A stretch of 62,417 bases of DNA from IMG/VR virus record IMGVR_UViG_3300023110_000035, positions 1 to 62,417 of that record, one strand, 5' to 3'. Of this stretch, positions 8,558 to 18,077 are shown in pieces; positions within the stretch are counted from its first letter, which is position 1; the number at the start of each line of letters is the position of its first letter. Under the pieces are notes generated by a model. That model ran no database searches, was not told the DNA's origin, and saw only the letters and a list, made by a program, of their open reading frames with translations. The position numbers were made by a program, and so were the translations under genes. The stretch is from a virus. Lineage: Duplodnaviria > Caudoviricetes.

Positions 8558-10291
8558 TTAAGTTGTTGGGTCAAATGTATAAAGTTTTCTATTACCATCT
8601 TCAGTACCAGTTTCTTTTCTATTTTCAACAAATTTAAGAGTAATGGCAACATCAACTATTGTTGGTAATCTATAACCCTTCATATCTATTTCAGTACTAG
8701 ATGGGTTTTGAGCTATACCATTTGGTGGTCCATATAAAGCATTTGTTGTAGTAGTAACAACATTGTTTAAATGGGATTGTTCTTTATCAGCTACTTGCCA
8801 AGGTGTATTATCATCAATAGTATATGAAAGAGATTCTATAAATGATGCCTTTTTATTATACATATCACCCAATGTAAACATTATAAGCGGTGATTTTATC
8901 GCTGAGTTACCATAATAATCAGCTGGATATGTTAATCCAGATAAGAAGTTAAGTTTTTCCCAAGCTTTTTTATGTTCTAATACATTTAAAGAATATACTT
9001 TAAAGTTAAAACTAACACTTCTTTCAATACCATCATATGTATAAAAATTAAATGGATTTCCAATAAACTTTTGTCCACTCCAAGAAGGAGAAAAGGTTTC
9101 ACTTAGTCCACTAATCGTTGCTCTAAAATTTGCTGAACGTAATGCTCCACTAACTGTACCTAATGAGGTAAATTTAAGGGTTACGAAATCTAACTTATCT
9201 AACTCCTCATCATCTTCACCATTATATACACCACTAGCATTTACACTATCACCAATAGTGTACATACCTCTTTTTGTTTCTAAGAAGTTTTCCTTAGATA
9301 CACTTTTATAGTTTTCATTTTTTGTTATATTAGAAAATTTAGATGCTCTTTCTGGTTCTTCAGTAAATTTAATAGTTGGTACATTTTCAACAACTTGTTT
9401 AGTCGATAAATCGTTTACATCATCACCCTCTTTAATAATCGTTTTACTATATCGGTTACCCTTTTTATCCTCCGTTAATCGTTGTGCTCCGGTAGTTGGT
9501 TCTAACGAACCATAGTTAAATCCATACTTACCCCAATTTTCTAAACTTTTATCAGTATATAAAGTTGGGAATTCGTTAGATGGAGTTGGTGTAATTCCAG
9601 TTGGTATCCTACCTGTTGCTAATCCCAATGAAGTACCACCCCTACTACCAAATATTTTTTTACCTAACTCTTGCTTACCTGCTTTAATTGCACCACCCAC
9701 TAAATTTCTACCAATAGCATCGGGTGTACCTCCACCAGCATTTTCACCAATAAATCCTAAAAGTTTTCCTGCAGCTGTTCCTTCAGCTGATTTTAAAACC
9801 TTTTGTAATTGACTCATTCTTTTTTGAGTTTCACCAAGTTTTTCAGCTTCTAATCCACTTACCACAAATGTTGGAATTGCTTTGGTTGGTAATCCTAATG
9901 CACTTTTTACACTTGATGCCGCACTTCCTATCTTAGCCATCAATCCACTAGCACCAGTTACTTCACCAGATGTTTCTGCTTTCATTTTGGATATAGAATC
10001 GGTTGTTCTTAATGTGATTCTTGGTGTATCTGAACCATATATCATAGGAATAGAACCGAATCTAATAACTCTTAAACCAGTGAGTTCTTCCTCAACCAAA
10101 GATTCATCAGTTCTTACACCTAAAACTTTTCTAGCACCTCTAGCCAACAACATACCAGTTATATTCACCAATGGATTTGATGAGGATATTCTTATATCCT
10201 TACTATTTCTAATAGCATAAGCTTCTTCAGCGGTTTTTCCACCTTGAGATGGTAATTGTTTACTTTTAAATAATTCTTCTAATGTTGGCAT
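8558..10291 (-). CDS. Baseplate/tail-tube initiator-like protein (577 aa)
   Basis: C-terminal tube-fold-like segment FRATISGLSETFSPSW...YTYDGIERSVSFNFKVY...FIESLSYTID. Located between tape measure and LysM genes. Confidence 0.6.
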   Translation of the reverse strand: MPTLEELFKSKQLPSQGGKTAEEAYAIRNSKDIRISSSNPLVNITGMLLARGARKVLGVRTDESLVEEELTGLRVIRFGSIPMIYGSDTPRITLRTTDSISKMKAETSGEVTGASGLMAKIGSAASSVKSALGLPTKAIPTFVVSGLEAEKLGETQKRMSQLQKVLKSAEGTAAGKLLGFIGENAGGGTPDAIGRNLVGGAIKAGKQELGKKIFGSRGGTSLGLATGRIPTGITPTPSNEFPTLYTDKSLENWGKYGFNYGSLEPTTGAQRLTEDKKGNRYSKTIIKEGDDVNDLSTKQVVENVPTIKFTEEPERASKFSNITKNENYKSVSKENFLETKRGMYTIGDSVNASGVYNGEDDEELDKLDFVTLKFTSLGTVSGALRSANFRATISGLSETFSPSWSGQKFIGNPFNFYTYDGIERSVSFNFKVYSLNVLEHKKAWEKLNFLSGLTYPADYYGNSAIKSPLIMFTLGDMYNKKASFIESLSYTIDDNTPWQVADKEQSHLNNVVTTTTNALYGPPNGIAQNPSSTEIDMKGYRLPTIVDVAITLKFVENRKETGTEDGNRKLYTFDPTT

Positions 10292-10297
10292 AATCTA

Positions 10298-12697
10298 TTA
10301 TGTTGCGTATGAATTACTTCCTACTCTACTTACTACTCTTGAAACTCCAGCAGTTACTCTCTGTCCATCTAAATAAACTGCCACTTTACCATTATTTAAA
10401 TCTTCTCTTAATCCTCTAATTTCATTTATTAAATCAGAATCAGAACCACCACCTTCTTCACCACCACCTAATAGTGAATTTAATCCTTGAGATACTGCTC
10501 CAACAGCTGATAGCATCATCAATCCAGGTCCTGCAACTACTCCAGCTACACCTAATGCTATTAACGAAGCTGATAACCCCAGTAGTGAAATTGATAATAA
10601 TGCAATGCTGTCGGTTAATCCTACCATTGCATCAAGAACCGTAGATACAGACATTAATTGTGGCATTAAAGTTCCGATACCACTAGCCATCATTGCAAAT
10701 CCAGTTCCTATCGCTTGAAGTGCATGTCCTAATACCAATACTGATGCCGCTATTACTAACATTGCTGCTGCTCCAGCTAAAATTGCTACTGCACCAACTC
10801 CACTCATCATAATAGCACCTAATAATGATACAGCTCCAACTAAGGCTAACATTGATACTACCGCCATTCCAACGGCTTCCCAACTAACCTTCATAAATTC
10901 TTGTACTGCTTTTCCAAATACGAATACGGCACCAGCTACAATTACCATTGCTGCAGCACCTTTAAGAACTGCATTCATATTGATTTTGGACATACCTTCC
11001 ATAATTCCACCACCAGGTCCTCCTTTCGGAGCCTTTATAGATTTACCAGATTTACTACCTATACTTTCAGTAACAGAAGGTTTACCACCACCTCCACCAA
11101 ATAAGTTACCTATTTTTGATGCGGCTGCTTTGGCAATATTTTTAACAAACTCACCGGATTTTTTAGCAATACCACCCATATCGATACCCAATGATTTAAA
11201 TCCAGTTCCTATTTGGCCCGTCATAGTAATCATACCACCTAAACCTTTTAGACCTGTACCTAAATATTTGTTTAACCCAGCGTTTATAGCTTCACCTGCA
11301 GCTGAGAATTTGGATTGCATTACACCACCTAAAGTGTTTGCTTTTTCTTGATTTGATGCCATCTTTTGAAGTTCACCAACCGATACACCTAATAAATCAG
11401 CAGTAGCTTTCTTTTGGAAGTAATCCATTTTATTGAATTCTTCAATACCACCTAACGCATTTAGTGTTTCATTAGTTGCTCCTTCAATATCACCTTGCAT
11501 AGCTAATTGTCTAGCTTTATCCAAATTGATATTTTTTCCTAACATTGCACCTAATTCTAATTCCTTAGTGATTGAAGATTCAAAATCTAATAAACCTTCT
11601 GCAATACCACTAAGTGTACTCATATTAGTACCTAACTTAGATGCGAATCCAGCTGCTCTTAAAATATTTTCTCCACCATCTTTACCAAATAATGCAAACT
11701 CTTCGGTTGATGCTGCTAAATCAGCCATAAGTGCTGATGGAACTATTCCATTTTGTTTTGCAAATTGCTGAGTAGTTTTAACCATATCAGCAGCAATATC
11801 AGTTGAACCACCAGCCATTCTTGCAAATGAACCAGTTAATGCAACCGCTTCGGTATTTGAAATACCCATATTTGTTGCCATCAATCCAATATTGGCTTGA
11901 GTTTTAAAGGTTGCAGCTTCAGTACCACCAAACTCACTAGCCAATGCTTTTACAGTCCCAGCAGTATCTTCAAATACAAATCCTAAAACACCAGCAGATG
12001 CGGTTGTTCCGTTTAATATATCAAATCCGTTTCCTAACTCCTTATTTACATCTGCGAATTTATCTGCTAAAACACCAGCACCAACAACCAAACCACCAAC
12101 TAAAGCTTGTGGTCTACTAAGGAATGTTCTTAGAGTTGCTCCAATTGATGCTATTTTAGTTTGAATGGTATCATATGTAGCTGCTTGGTCTTCTAAAATT
12201 TTTCTTTCTTCATCAGTTAAGTTAGCTAAACTATCGGCTATTTGATTTTGTTTTTGTAGATTAGTAACTAAACCTTTACTTCGGTTATCCAAAGAGCCCA
12301 TTAGCTTATCTCTCTCATTCATCAAGTCAATTCTAGCAAACTCATCATCAGGACTAATCTGAGCAATGCTACGATTGATATCCATTATCTTTAAGGCAAC
12401 TTGTTGATTTTTTTTCTGCCCTTTATATGCTATCTGCGCCCCTTCTTTCTGAACAGAAGTTAAATCAGAGTACATAGATGACATTGATTTTATAGAGGAT
12501 TCTTCAGCTACAAATAAATCAAGATTCTCTTTATTTAACTGTTTAACTTCTTTTGCAGTTTTTACTATTGCTTTTTTGTATCTTTCTAATTGTTTTGTTT
12601 GTTTTTCGGTCAAGGCACTACCAAGAGCATCAAGTTGGTTTATTTCACCCTTGAGTCTTTTAATCTCTTTTAGTAAGTCTGCTTTACTTTGTGCCAC
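10298..12697 (-). CDS. Tail tape measure protein (799 aa)
   Basis: Ala/Gly/Leu-rich and predicted helical, with an N-terminal coiled coil and hydrophobic C-terminal stretches. Sits downstream of the tube and chaperone genes. GTG start with AAGGAG upstream. Confidence 0.8.
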   Translation of the reverse strand: MAQSKADLLKEIKRLKGEINQLDALGSALTEKQTKQLERYKKAIVKTAKEVKQLNKENLDLFVAEESSIKSMSSMYSDLTSVQKEGAQIAYKGQKKNQQVALKIMDINRSIAQISPDDEFARIDLMNERDKLMGSLDNRSKGLVTNLQKQNQIADSLANLTDEERKILEDQAATYDTIQTKIASIGATLRTFLSRPQALVGGLVVGAGVLADKFADVNKELGNGFDILNGTTASAGVLGFVFEDTAGTVKALASEFGGTEAATFKTQANIGLMATNMGISNTEAVALTGSFARMAGGSTDIAADMVKTTQQFAKQNGIVPSALMADLAASTEEFALFGKDGGENILRAAGFASKLGTNMSTLSGIAEGLLDFESSITKELELGAMLGKNINLDKARQLAMQGDIEGATNETLNALGGIEEFNKMDYFQKKATADLLGVSVGELQKMASNQEKANTLGGVMQSKFSAAGEAINAGLNKYLGTGLKGLGGMITMTGQIGTGFKSLGIDMGGIAKKSGEFVKNIAKAAASKIGNLFGGGGGKPSVTESIGSKSGKSIKAPKGGPGGGIMEGMSKINMNAVLKGAAAMVIVAGAVFVFGKAVQEFMKVSWEAVGMAVVSMLALVGAVSLLGAIMMSGVGAVAILAGAAAMLVIAASVLVLGHALQAIGTGFAMMASGIGTLMPQLMSVSTVLDAMVGLTDSIALLSISLLGLSASLIALGVAGVVAGPGLMMLSAVGAVSQGLNSLLGGGEEGGGSDSDLINEIRGLREDLNNGKVAVYLDGQRVTAGVSRVVSRVGSNSYAT

Positions 12698-12706
12698 CTA
12701 ATCTCC

Positions 12707-12910
12707 TTATTTAGAATATTTTGCTATAATAGCATCCAATTCGTCTCTTTCCTTTTTAATCTTATCCAATTTATCGAGAACAGGTTTTGGTATTCCTCTC
12801 TTCTTTGCCCTTTGTATAAATCTATCCTGAGTACCTTTTTGCATATCACTCAAGAAACGATTAATAAATCCAGCAATTGAAGCTTCGCTTATTTGTTTTT
12901 TATTTTTCAT
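12707..12910 (-). CDS. Small hypothetical protein (67 aa)
   Basis: Short basic ORF preceded by ATATTTATA, immediately upstream of the tape measure gene. Confidence 0.65.
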   Translation of the reverse strand: MKNKKQISEASIAGFINRFLSDMQKGTQDRFIQRAKKRGIPKPVLDKLDKIKKERDELDAIIAKYSK

Positions 12911-12934
12911 AATGAATGTCCATATTTATACAAC

Positions 12935-12943
12935 TATAAATAT
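12935..12943 (-). promoter_or_regulatory. Candidate late promoter motif ATATTTATA, paired with an inverted copy at 12922-12930
   Basis: Exact copy 24 nt upstream of the 12910 start. Confidence 0.55.
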
Positions 12944-12948
12944 TGGAT

Positions 12949-12986
12949 AAAAAAAAAGTAAGGATTATTTCCTAACCCTTACTTTT
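12949..12986 (-). terminator. Rho-independent terminator overlapping the end of the chaperone extension ORF
   Basis: Minus strand AAAAGTAAGGGTTA-GGAAA-TAATCCTTACTTTT (one G-U pair) running into a 9-T tract. Confidence 0.65.
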
Positions 12987-13216
12987 GATTTACGTTCCAT
13001 TTTTTTATATTCTTCGGATTCTTTCTTTTTTAACTCTGCTAATTTATTGAAATAGAATTTTCGCCATTGAATTGGCATGAAGTAAACATCTCTCCAAGTA
13101 AATCCGTTACCAAAGTTAACCAACTCCCAAATTTGGTTATGAAGTTGGATACTATAATCATTCGGAAGGGTAAAAAAACGATACCCCAAACGGGATATCG
13201 AGCGCCTCCTCTTCAC
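12965..13216 (-). CDS. Tail assembly chaperone C-terminal extension, probably reached by frameshift; the annotated GTG start is doubtful
   Basis: Overlaps the end of 13158..13931 in the +1 frame across a T7 run. FTWRDVYFMPIQWRKFY resembles chaperone extension segments. Confidence 0.65.
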   Translation of the reverse strand: MKRRRSISRLGYRFFTLPNDYSIQLHNQIWELVNFGNGFTWRDVYFMPIQWRKFYFNKLAELKKKESEEYKKMERKSKVRVRK

Positions 13217-13931
13217 CCGTCAACTCTGATACAAAGTTAAATTTTAAATCCATATCTGGACTGATTTCTCTTACAAATTTTCTGAATGCTTTTGTGTCTA
13301 ATGCTAAGAATGCGTTTTGAACCCACTTAGTAATATAACCTCTATCTTGATTTCCATCTACTGATTGAATCATATATTTCAAACGAGTAGTTACATCAAA
13401 TGAAGTATCACCTTTACCTTTATATAATCTAGCTAATGCTTGATTTTCTTTTGTAATTTCAAGTTCATCACCATGTGTTAGAAGTTTAAATTCCAACTCT
13501 GCCCCACTTTTTGGTAATTTAAATTTATAAAGATTTTCACCATTTAAGATTTCTTCGTTAAAATCTTTGGTTTTTACTTTAGATAAATCAATAGTTACAT
13601 TTTGTGGTTCTAATGTAGATGGGTCAGTTACTTCTACATCATAGTTAGGACCATAACCCATTACTCTTGTTGCTAAAAGAATAGCGTTTTTATCACCAAT
13701 AAAGATATCATTGATATCTACATTTGGTTCTACAACAACTGATTCAAATAGTTTATCTAATACTACACCTTTCTTAATTAAGGATTGTGATGCAAGAATA
13801 TCTTCTTCTCTTGCTGTCATATACTTAATTTCAATGTTTCCTTTTCTTAATGGATGTCCTTCTGGATAAACTAACCCTTTTGATGGCAAATCTACCACCT
13901 CAGTTGGGAATTCGAATTTATTTTCGCTCAT
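13158..13931 (-). CDS. Tail assembly chaperone / baseplate hub assembly protein (T4 gp26/gp51-like)
   Basis: VDLPSKGLVYP...IKYMTAREEDIL...GDKNAILLATR...FKLLTHGDE, ending FFYPSE. Lies between tube and tape measure. Confidence 0.72.
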   Translation of the reverse strand: MSENKFEFPTEVVDLPSKGLVYPEGHPLRKGNIEIKYMTAREEDILASQSLIKKGVVLDKLFESVVVEPNVDINDIFIGDKNAILLATRVMGYGPNYDVEVTDPSTLEPQNVTIDLSKVKTKDFNEEILNGENLYKFKLPKSGAELEFKLLTHGDELEITKENQALARLYKGKGDTSFDVTTRLKYMIQSVDGNQDRGYITKWVQNAFLALDTKAFRKFVREISPDMDLKFNFVSELTGEEEALDIPFGVSFFYPSE

Positions 13932-13955
13932 AATTAACCTTTATTTGTTTGTATA

Positions 13956-13964
13956 TATAAGTAT
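13956..13964 (-). promoter_or_regulatory. Candidate late promoter variant ATACTTATA
   Basis: One mismatch to the consensus; 24 nt upstream of the 13931 start and just downstream of the tube terminator. Confidence 0.45.
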
Positions 13965-13989
13965 ATCAAAATAAAAAAGTTGTAAAACG

Positions 13990-14016
13990 AAAAAAGGTTC
14001 TCACTAAGAGAACCTT
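13990..14016 (-). terminator. Rho-independent terminator after the tail tube gene
   Basis: Perfect 9-bp stem AAGGTTCTC/GAGAACCTT with a 5-nt loop, running into a T6 tract on the minus strand. Confidence 0.8.
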
Positions 14017-14047
14017 CTTCAATTTATAGATAGTAGTGGATAATATC

Positions 14048-14536
14048 TTAAAATTCTAATATTGCGTAATCATAAGAAAGCGTTAATTCAATATCGGCAG
14101 GGTCATTAGATGCGAAATCTAAATCATTGAAATTAGCTGCTTGAATGAATGCACCTTTTAGTTTCCATTGTTCAATTTTATCACCAACAGGTCCTAACAT
14201 ATAGAAATCGATATCTTTTTTGTAGAAATCTGCGTATCCTTTTCTACCAGTTAAAGATTCATATCCTAATCTCACCCATTCCATCACTTGTTGTGCTCCA
14301 CTTGGAACGATTGGGTCATATAATGTGATTGTGATATCTTGCCACTCACCCTTACCTTGTAATTTTCTATAAGTGTTAATGTGGTCTAACTTCACAGTTT
14401 CGAAATTGATAGATGGTCTCGCTGCTGTTTTAATTAAGTATGATTGAATACCATCAATCTCCATAATATAGCGATTCTTCATCTTCGGTTCGAAGTTGGT
14501 GAAGAACATTTCGTTAAATTCTAATACTTCTGCCAT
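14048..14536 (-). CDS. Tail tube protein (T4 gp19-like)
   Basis: FEPKMKNRY...WQDITITLYDP...QVMEW...YKKDI...EQWKLKGAF...ELTLSYDYA. 162 aa, directly downstream of the sheath. Confidence 0.9.
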   Translation of the reverse strand: MAEVLEFNEMFFTNFEPKMKNRYIMEIDGIQSYLIKTAARPSINFETVKLDHINTYRKLQGKGEWQDITITLYDPIVPSGAQQVMEWVRLGYESLTGRKGYADFYKKDIDFYMLGPVGDKIEQWKLKGAFIQAANFNDLDFASNDPADIELTLSYDYAILEF

Positions 14537-14558
14537 TTTTTTATTTCCCTTTTATACT

Positions 14559-14567
14559 AATAAATAT
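14559..14567 (-). promoter_or_regulatory. Candidate late promoter variant ATATTTATT
   Basis: 22 nt upstream of the tube start codon. Confidence 0.45.
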
Positions 14568-14587
14568 TAGTTATTCATTTTTTTGTT

Positions 14588-16897
14588 TTATGCTGAGAAC
14601 GATGCTCCCGTTGGTAAGATGTTGAAATCAATTACAATGAATTCAGCGGTCTTAGCAGGTTGTAGGAAAATCTGTCCAGCTAAAATGTTTCTATCAACCA
14701 CATCAGGTGTGTTGTTAGTCTCATCCATAACTACTTTAAATGCGTACAACCCTTGTCTTTGTTGAATACCTTCTAAGTAAGGTTGTACTGTGTTGATAAA
14801 TCTACCTCTAGTCGATGCCGTATTTTGTTCGAATACTAAGAATCGAGATGTAGATGCCACAAATTTCTTAACATTGATTAATAATCTTCTAACATTGATT
14901 CTATCCAATGCCGATGCTCTATCTTGCAATGTTTTCTGTCCGAATGCCACAATACCTTGTCCAGGGAATGAAGCGATTGGGTTTACTTTGTTTTCATATA
15001 GAGTATCTCTTTCAGAATGTGTTAATCTATTCAATACCGATGCTGCTCCTACGATACCTCCTCTATTTAAACCAGCAGGTGCGAACCATTCAGCTGCAAT
15101 AGCGTCATTAGCTGCATATACAGCAGGTAATAGTACTGAAGGTGGTACACTTACTAATTTGTTAGTATTTGAATCTACTGTCTTAACCCAAGGATAGTAA
15201 GTTCCAACATAGTTAGAATCTACAGCGTTAGCTTGTGTTGTTACATCTGAGATAGTTGAACTAGCATCAGCAAAATCTGCGATGTAAAATGCATCTTGTC
15301 TAGCTTCAACAATATCAATTGCTTTACTAACAACTCCAGGGTGTAATGTTCTTACAACACCAGGCGTTACTAACATATTGATATCCCATTCATCAGCGTT
15401 TGAAATTGCGTTCAAACCTTTTGAGTATGATAAATAACCACCAGCCGAAGTTGATGATAAATCAAGTCCTTGCGAATTTCCAGCACTCATATCAGAACCT
15501 AATTTGATATCAGTTGCAGGAGATTGTCCATCAAATCCACCTTGGAATGCTACTGAGAATTGTCTTTTCACCATATCAGATGAATCAGAACCACTCATTA
15601 CATAAGAAAGTTGAGAATCAAATCCAAAGTCAACGTTTGAACCAACTCCTACACTTTCAGGTAGAGGTTTGATATAATTGTTGTTGTCATATTTTATACC
15701 AGTTGTTTCGAAATCAAAACCAGCGTAGTATGTTGGGTTACCAGCAGTATTCACTACTGAACCAGTTTGATAAACAACAGCAGGTACGATAGTTTCAGTA
15801 TCTGCTAATATTGGATTAGAGTAAGCTCCGTGTCCGAATGGTGCAGCTGATACAGGATATGAACCTTGTGCTGCTACTTGTACTCTAATATATTTTGAAT
15901 TATTTACCCAATCACCCCACTCAGTAATCTTACCATTTGAATCAATAGTTAAGTATCTATCACCGATTCTTCTAGCGATAAAGTTTGGTGATGCTGGGTC
16001 TAAGTTTACATTACTAAATGTTTCTAATACAACAGGTCTTTTATCCGTATCAGAGAATGAACGAATTGTTACTGTAAATACTGAATAATCAGTTCCTCCA
16101 TCTTCACCGGCAGCTTTCACATTGGAGATTGAAATTTTAAATCTGGAGTTTTCGTTTGTACCATATCCTAATGTATGGAATTTAAATAAATCACTTCTTA
16201 CACCTGAAATTAATTGTGATTTAACAAATGGTGTAGATGCCCAACTTGCTTCATATGTAAAGTTTTGAGTTGGTAATACTTCAGCTACAACAGCTTCTCC
16301 ATTTGCAACTTCTAAATTGATATCATCTACTGCATCTTTAAAGTAAGTGTAAACATATGCATCCTTCGAACCTAATGGGTCTGAACCAAATACATCAGTT
16401 ACATCATTACCAGCTGATGATAATAGTGAAGAAGATACTTCACCAATACCACTACCACTTACTACAAATGAACCAGATGTAGTTAATGATGGGGATACAG
16501 TAAAAGGACCAAATCCTACTTCATCATCACCATTTACACTACTATGTAATGTTGAGATAAGTTTTTTACTTCCATCCGAACCACTAGCAATCAAACCAAT
16601 AGGTGTAGCTTGAGTATAACCAGCATCAGCGCCAGTTTTACCTAAAACTCTTACGATTGTTGCTGTTCCAGCTTCTCTAAGATAGTTTTGTACTGCGTAC
16701 TCCGTATAATAAGTTCCATCAGGTGTTCCGAACTTATCTTCAAATTCTGATTGTGTTCTTACAATCGTAGGAACGAATGCTGGTCCTTGTTTGAAAGGTC
16801 CTACAAATGCTGCTCCTATTTCTCCTACCCCTTGAGCTAAAAAAGAGAGGTCATTTTCTCTCGTAAATACTCCGGGTGATACTATTCTTTCTGCCAT
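14588..16897 (-). CDS. Contractile tail sheath protein (T4 gp18-like)
   Basis: N-terminal SPGVFTRENDLS. C-terminal YYPWV, WFAPAGLNRG, LYENKVNPI, GQKTLQ, DRINVRRLL, FEQN, V.DETNNTPD.VDRN and QPAKTAEFI. Confidence 0.95.
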   Translation of the reverse strand: MAERIVSPGVFTRENDLSFLAQGVGEIGAAFVGPFKQGPAFVPTIVRTQSEFEDKFGTPDGTYYTEYAVQNYLREAGTATIVRVLGKTGADAGYTQATPIGLIASGSDGSKKLISTLHSSVNGDDEVGFGPFTVSPSLTTSGSFVVSGSGIGEVSSSLLSSAGNDVTDVFGSDPLGSKDAYVYTYFKDAVDDINLEVANGEAVVAEVLPTQNFTYEASWASTPFVKSQLISGVRSDLFKFHTLGYGTNENSRFKISISNVKAAGEDGGTDYSVFTVTIRSFSDTDKRPVVLETFSNVNLDPASPNFIARRIGDRYLTIDSNGKITEWGDWVNNSKYIRVQVAAQGSYPVSAAPFGHGAYSNPILADTETIVPAVVYQTGSVVNTAGNPTYYAGFDFETTGIKYDNNNYIKPLPESVGVGSNVDFGFDSQLSYVMSGSDSSDMVKRQFSVAFQGGFDGQSPATDIKLGSDMSAGNSQGLDLSSTSAGGYLSYSKGLNAISNADEWDINMLVTPGVVRTLHPGVVSKAIDIVEARQDAFYIADFADASSTISDVTTQANAVDSNYVGTYYPWVKTVDSNTNKLVSVPPSVLLPAVYAANDAIAAEWFAPAGLNRGGIVGAASVLNRLTHSERDTLYENKVNPIASFPGQGIVAFGQKTLQDRASALDRINVRRLLINVKKFVASTSRFLVFEQNTASTRGRFINTVQPYLEGIQQRQGLYAFKVVMDETNNTPDVVDRNILAGQIFLQPAKTAEFIVIDFNILPTGASFSA

Positions 16898-16946
16898 AAT
16901 TTTATTTCTCCAATAAGTTTATTTTGATAAATAAATCAAATACACA

Positions 16947-16955
16947 TATAAATAT
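16947..16955 (-). promoter_or_regulatory. Candidate late promoter motif ATATTTATA
   Basis: Exact copy 49 nt upstream of the sheath start. Confidence 0.5.
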
Positions 16956-16995
16956 AACGAAAATCTTCAAAAGATAAATTTCAATTTTTTTAAAT

Positions 16996-17487
16996 TTAAA
17001 TTGTACAAAGTGAAGGTGATGTGTACCAGCTATTCCCCGTCCAATATCTAACAGTAAATCCTTCACCATAAGGTTGGTCCGAATACCAACCAGGTACAGC
17101 GAAAACATTAAAATTTGTTCCTCTGTAAACAGATACAGTCCACCAATTCCTATCAGGGTCCTCCCAAAATATTCTTGCTTGGTCATTCCCAGCACAAGAT
17201 TCGAGTGGACCAGCTTGACCACTACTTCCCCTATTTGAATATCCAGCCATCAATTCGCCGTATCTTCCAGGTCCAACAGGCCCACCACCAGCATCATGGT
17301 CATATCCATACCATTCACTAAATGCAGCTGGATTTGCAGATAATGGTCTTGCACGAGAATTTGTATTAATAGTACCATATCCACCATTCTCAGCAGTATC
17401 AATTGAAAATGCACCTGAACTAATAGTTCTATTTAGTTCGGTTATAAGTGCAGATGCCGCTATTTGGCCTGATGATGGTATTGCCAT
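16996..17487 (-). CDS. Putative fibre-tip/virion accessory protein, paralog of 284..832
   Basis: MAIPSSGQI...ELNR...SEWYGYDH N-terminal module of a type often seen downstream of phage fibres. A Gly-Pro linker leads to an aromatic-rich C-terminal domain. Confidence 0.65.
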   Translation of the reverse strand: MAIPSSGQIAASALITELNRTISSGAFSIDTAENGGYGTINTNSRARPLSANPAAFSEWYGYDHDAGGGPVGPGRYGELMAGYSNRGSSGQAGPLESCAGNDQARIFWEDPDRNWWTVSVYRGTNFNVFAVPGWYSDQPYGEGFTVRYWTGNSWYTSPSLCTI

Positions 17488-17505
17488 AATACAATCAATT
17501 ATTGG

Positions 17506-18027
17506 TTATGCATCTACAACTACATCACCAAAAATAGATTTTAGTTCTACTTTTAGTAATGGATATGCAAAATCATAAATAGATGAACCAGTTATTGCAT
17601 TGGTTGAAATCACATTTGCAGTATAATCTTCACTACCACTAACATTTACAGTATCATAAGTCCAAGATGATTGGGTAATCATACTTTCAGGATCTTCTGG
17701 GTCTGGAACGATTGATTCAACCGATTCAGATACAGTTTCTACTCGTAAATATTCTCTAGTTCTTACTTGTGATTCAGTTAGGTGAAATACATATTCTTCT
17801 TTAACTTCATAACTTTTTGCTTCCCACTCTTCTACTAACATAGCAGGTGAATGTTCATCAAATAAATCTTGAGATGCACTTGCAGCAGCCCCCTGATTTA
17901 AGTATAAAGTTGGGTTAACTCTAAGAAATCCATTTGATTTTCTAAATTCAAAAGATTCGATTCTTACATATCCCTCAGAAGTAATACCTCTACTTGTACC
18001 GATTTGTTTTTGTATTTCTAAAGCCAT
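17506..18027 (-). CDS. Hypothetical fibre-associated protein (173 aa)
   Basis: Follows the S74-containing fibre and is preceded by ATATTTATA. Confidence 0.65.
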   Translation of the reverse strand: MALEIQKQIGTSRGITSEGYVRIESFEFRKSNGFLRVNPTLYLNQGAAASASQDLFDEHSPAMLVEEWEAKSYEVKEEYVFHLTESQVRTREYLRVETVSESVESIVPDPEDPESMITQSSWTYDTVNVSGSEDYTANVISTNAITGSSIYDFAYPLLKVELKSIFGDVVVDA

Positions 18028-18049
18028 TTTATTTTTTTATCTTTATGTT

Positions 18050-18058
18050 TATAAATAT
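18050..18058 (-). promoter_or_regulatory. Candidate late promoter motif ATATTTATA
   Basis: Exact copy 22 nt upstream of the 18027 start. Confidence 0.55.
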
Positions 18059-18077
18059 AACTATATTAGTAAAAAGA

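Noticed and set aside
6042-16897. Bacterial contractile injection system (eCIS/T6SS/tailocin) instead of a phage
   Set aside because: The neck/head-completion gene, polymerase, phage-type promoter motif and absence of host genes favour a phage, although capsid and terminase genes are outside the window.
16902-17222. 106-aa minus-strand ORF (and similarly 253..462)
   Set aside because: Out-of-frame overlap with better-supported genes that are paralogous to each other.
962-17321. Short plus-strand ORFs opposite the amidase, polymerase, hub, TMP and sheath genes
   Set aside because: Nested antisense to well-supported genes, with no motifs.
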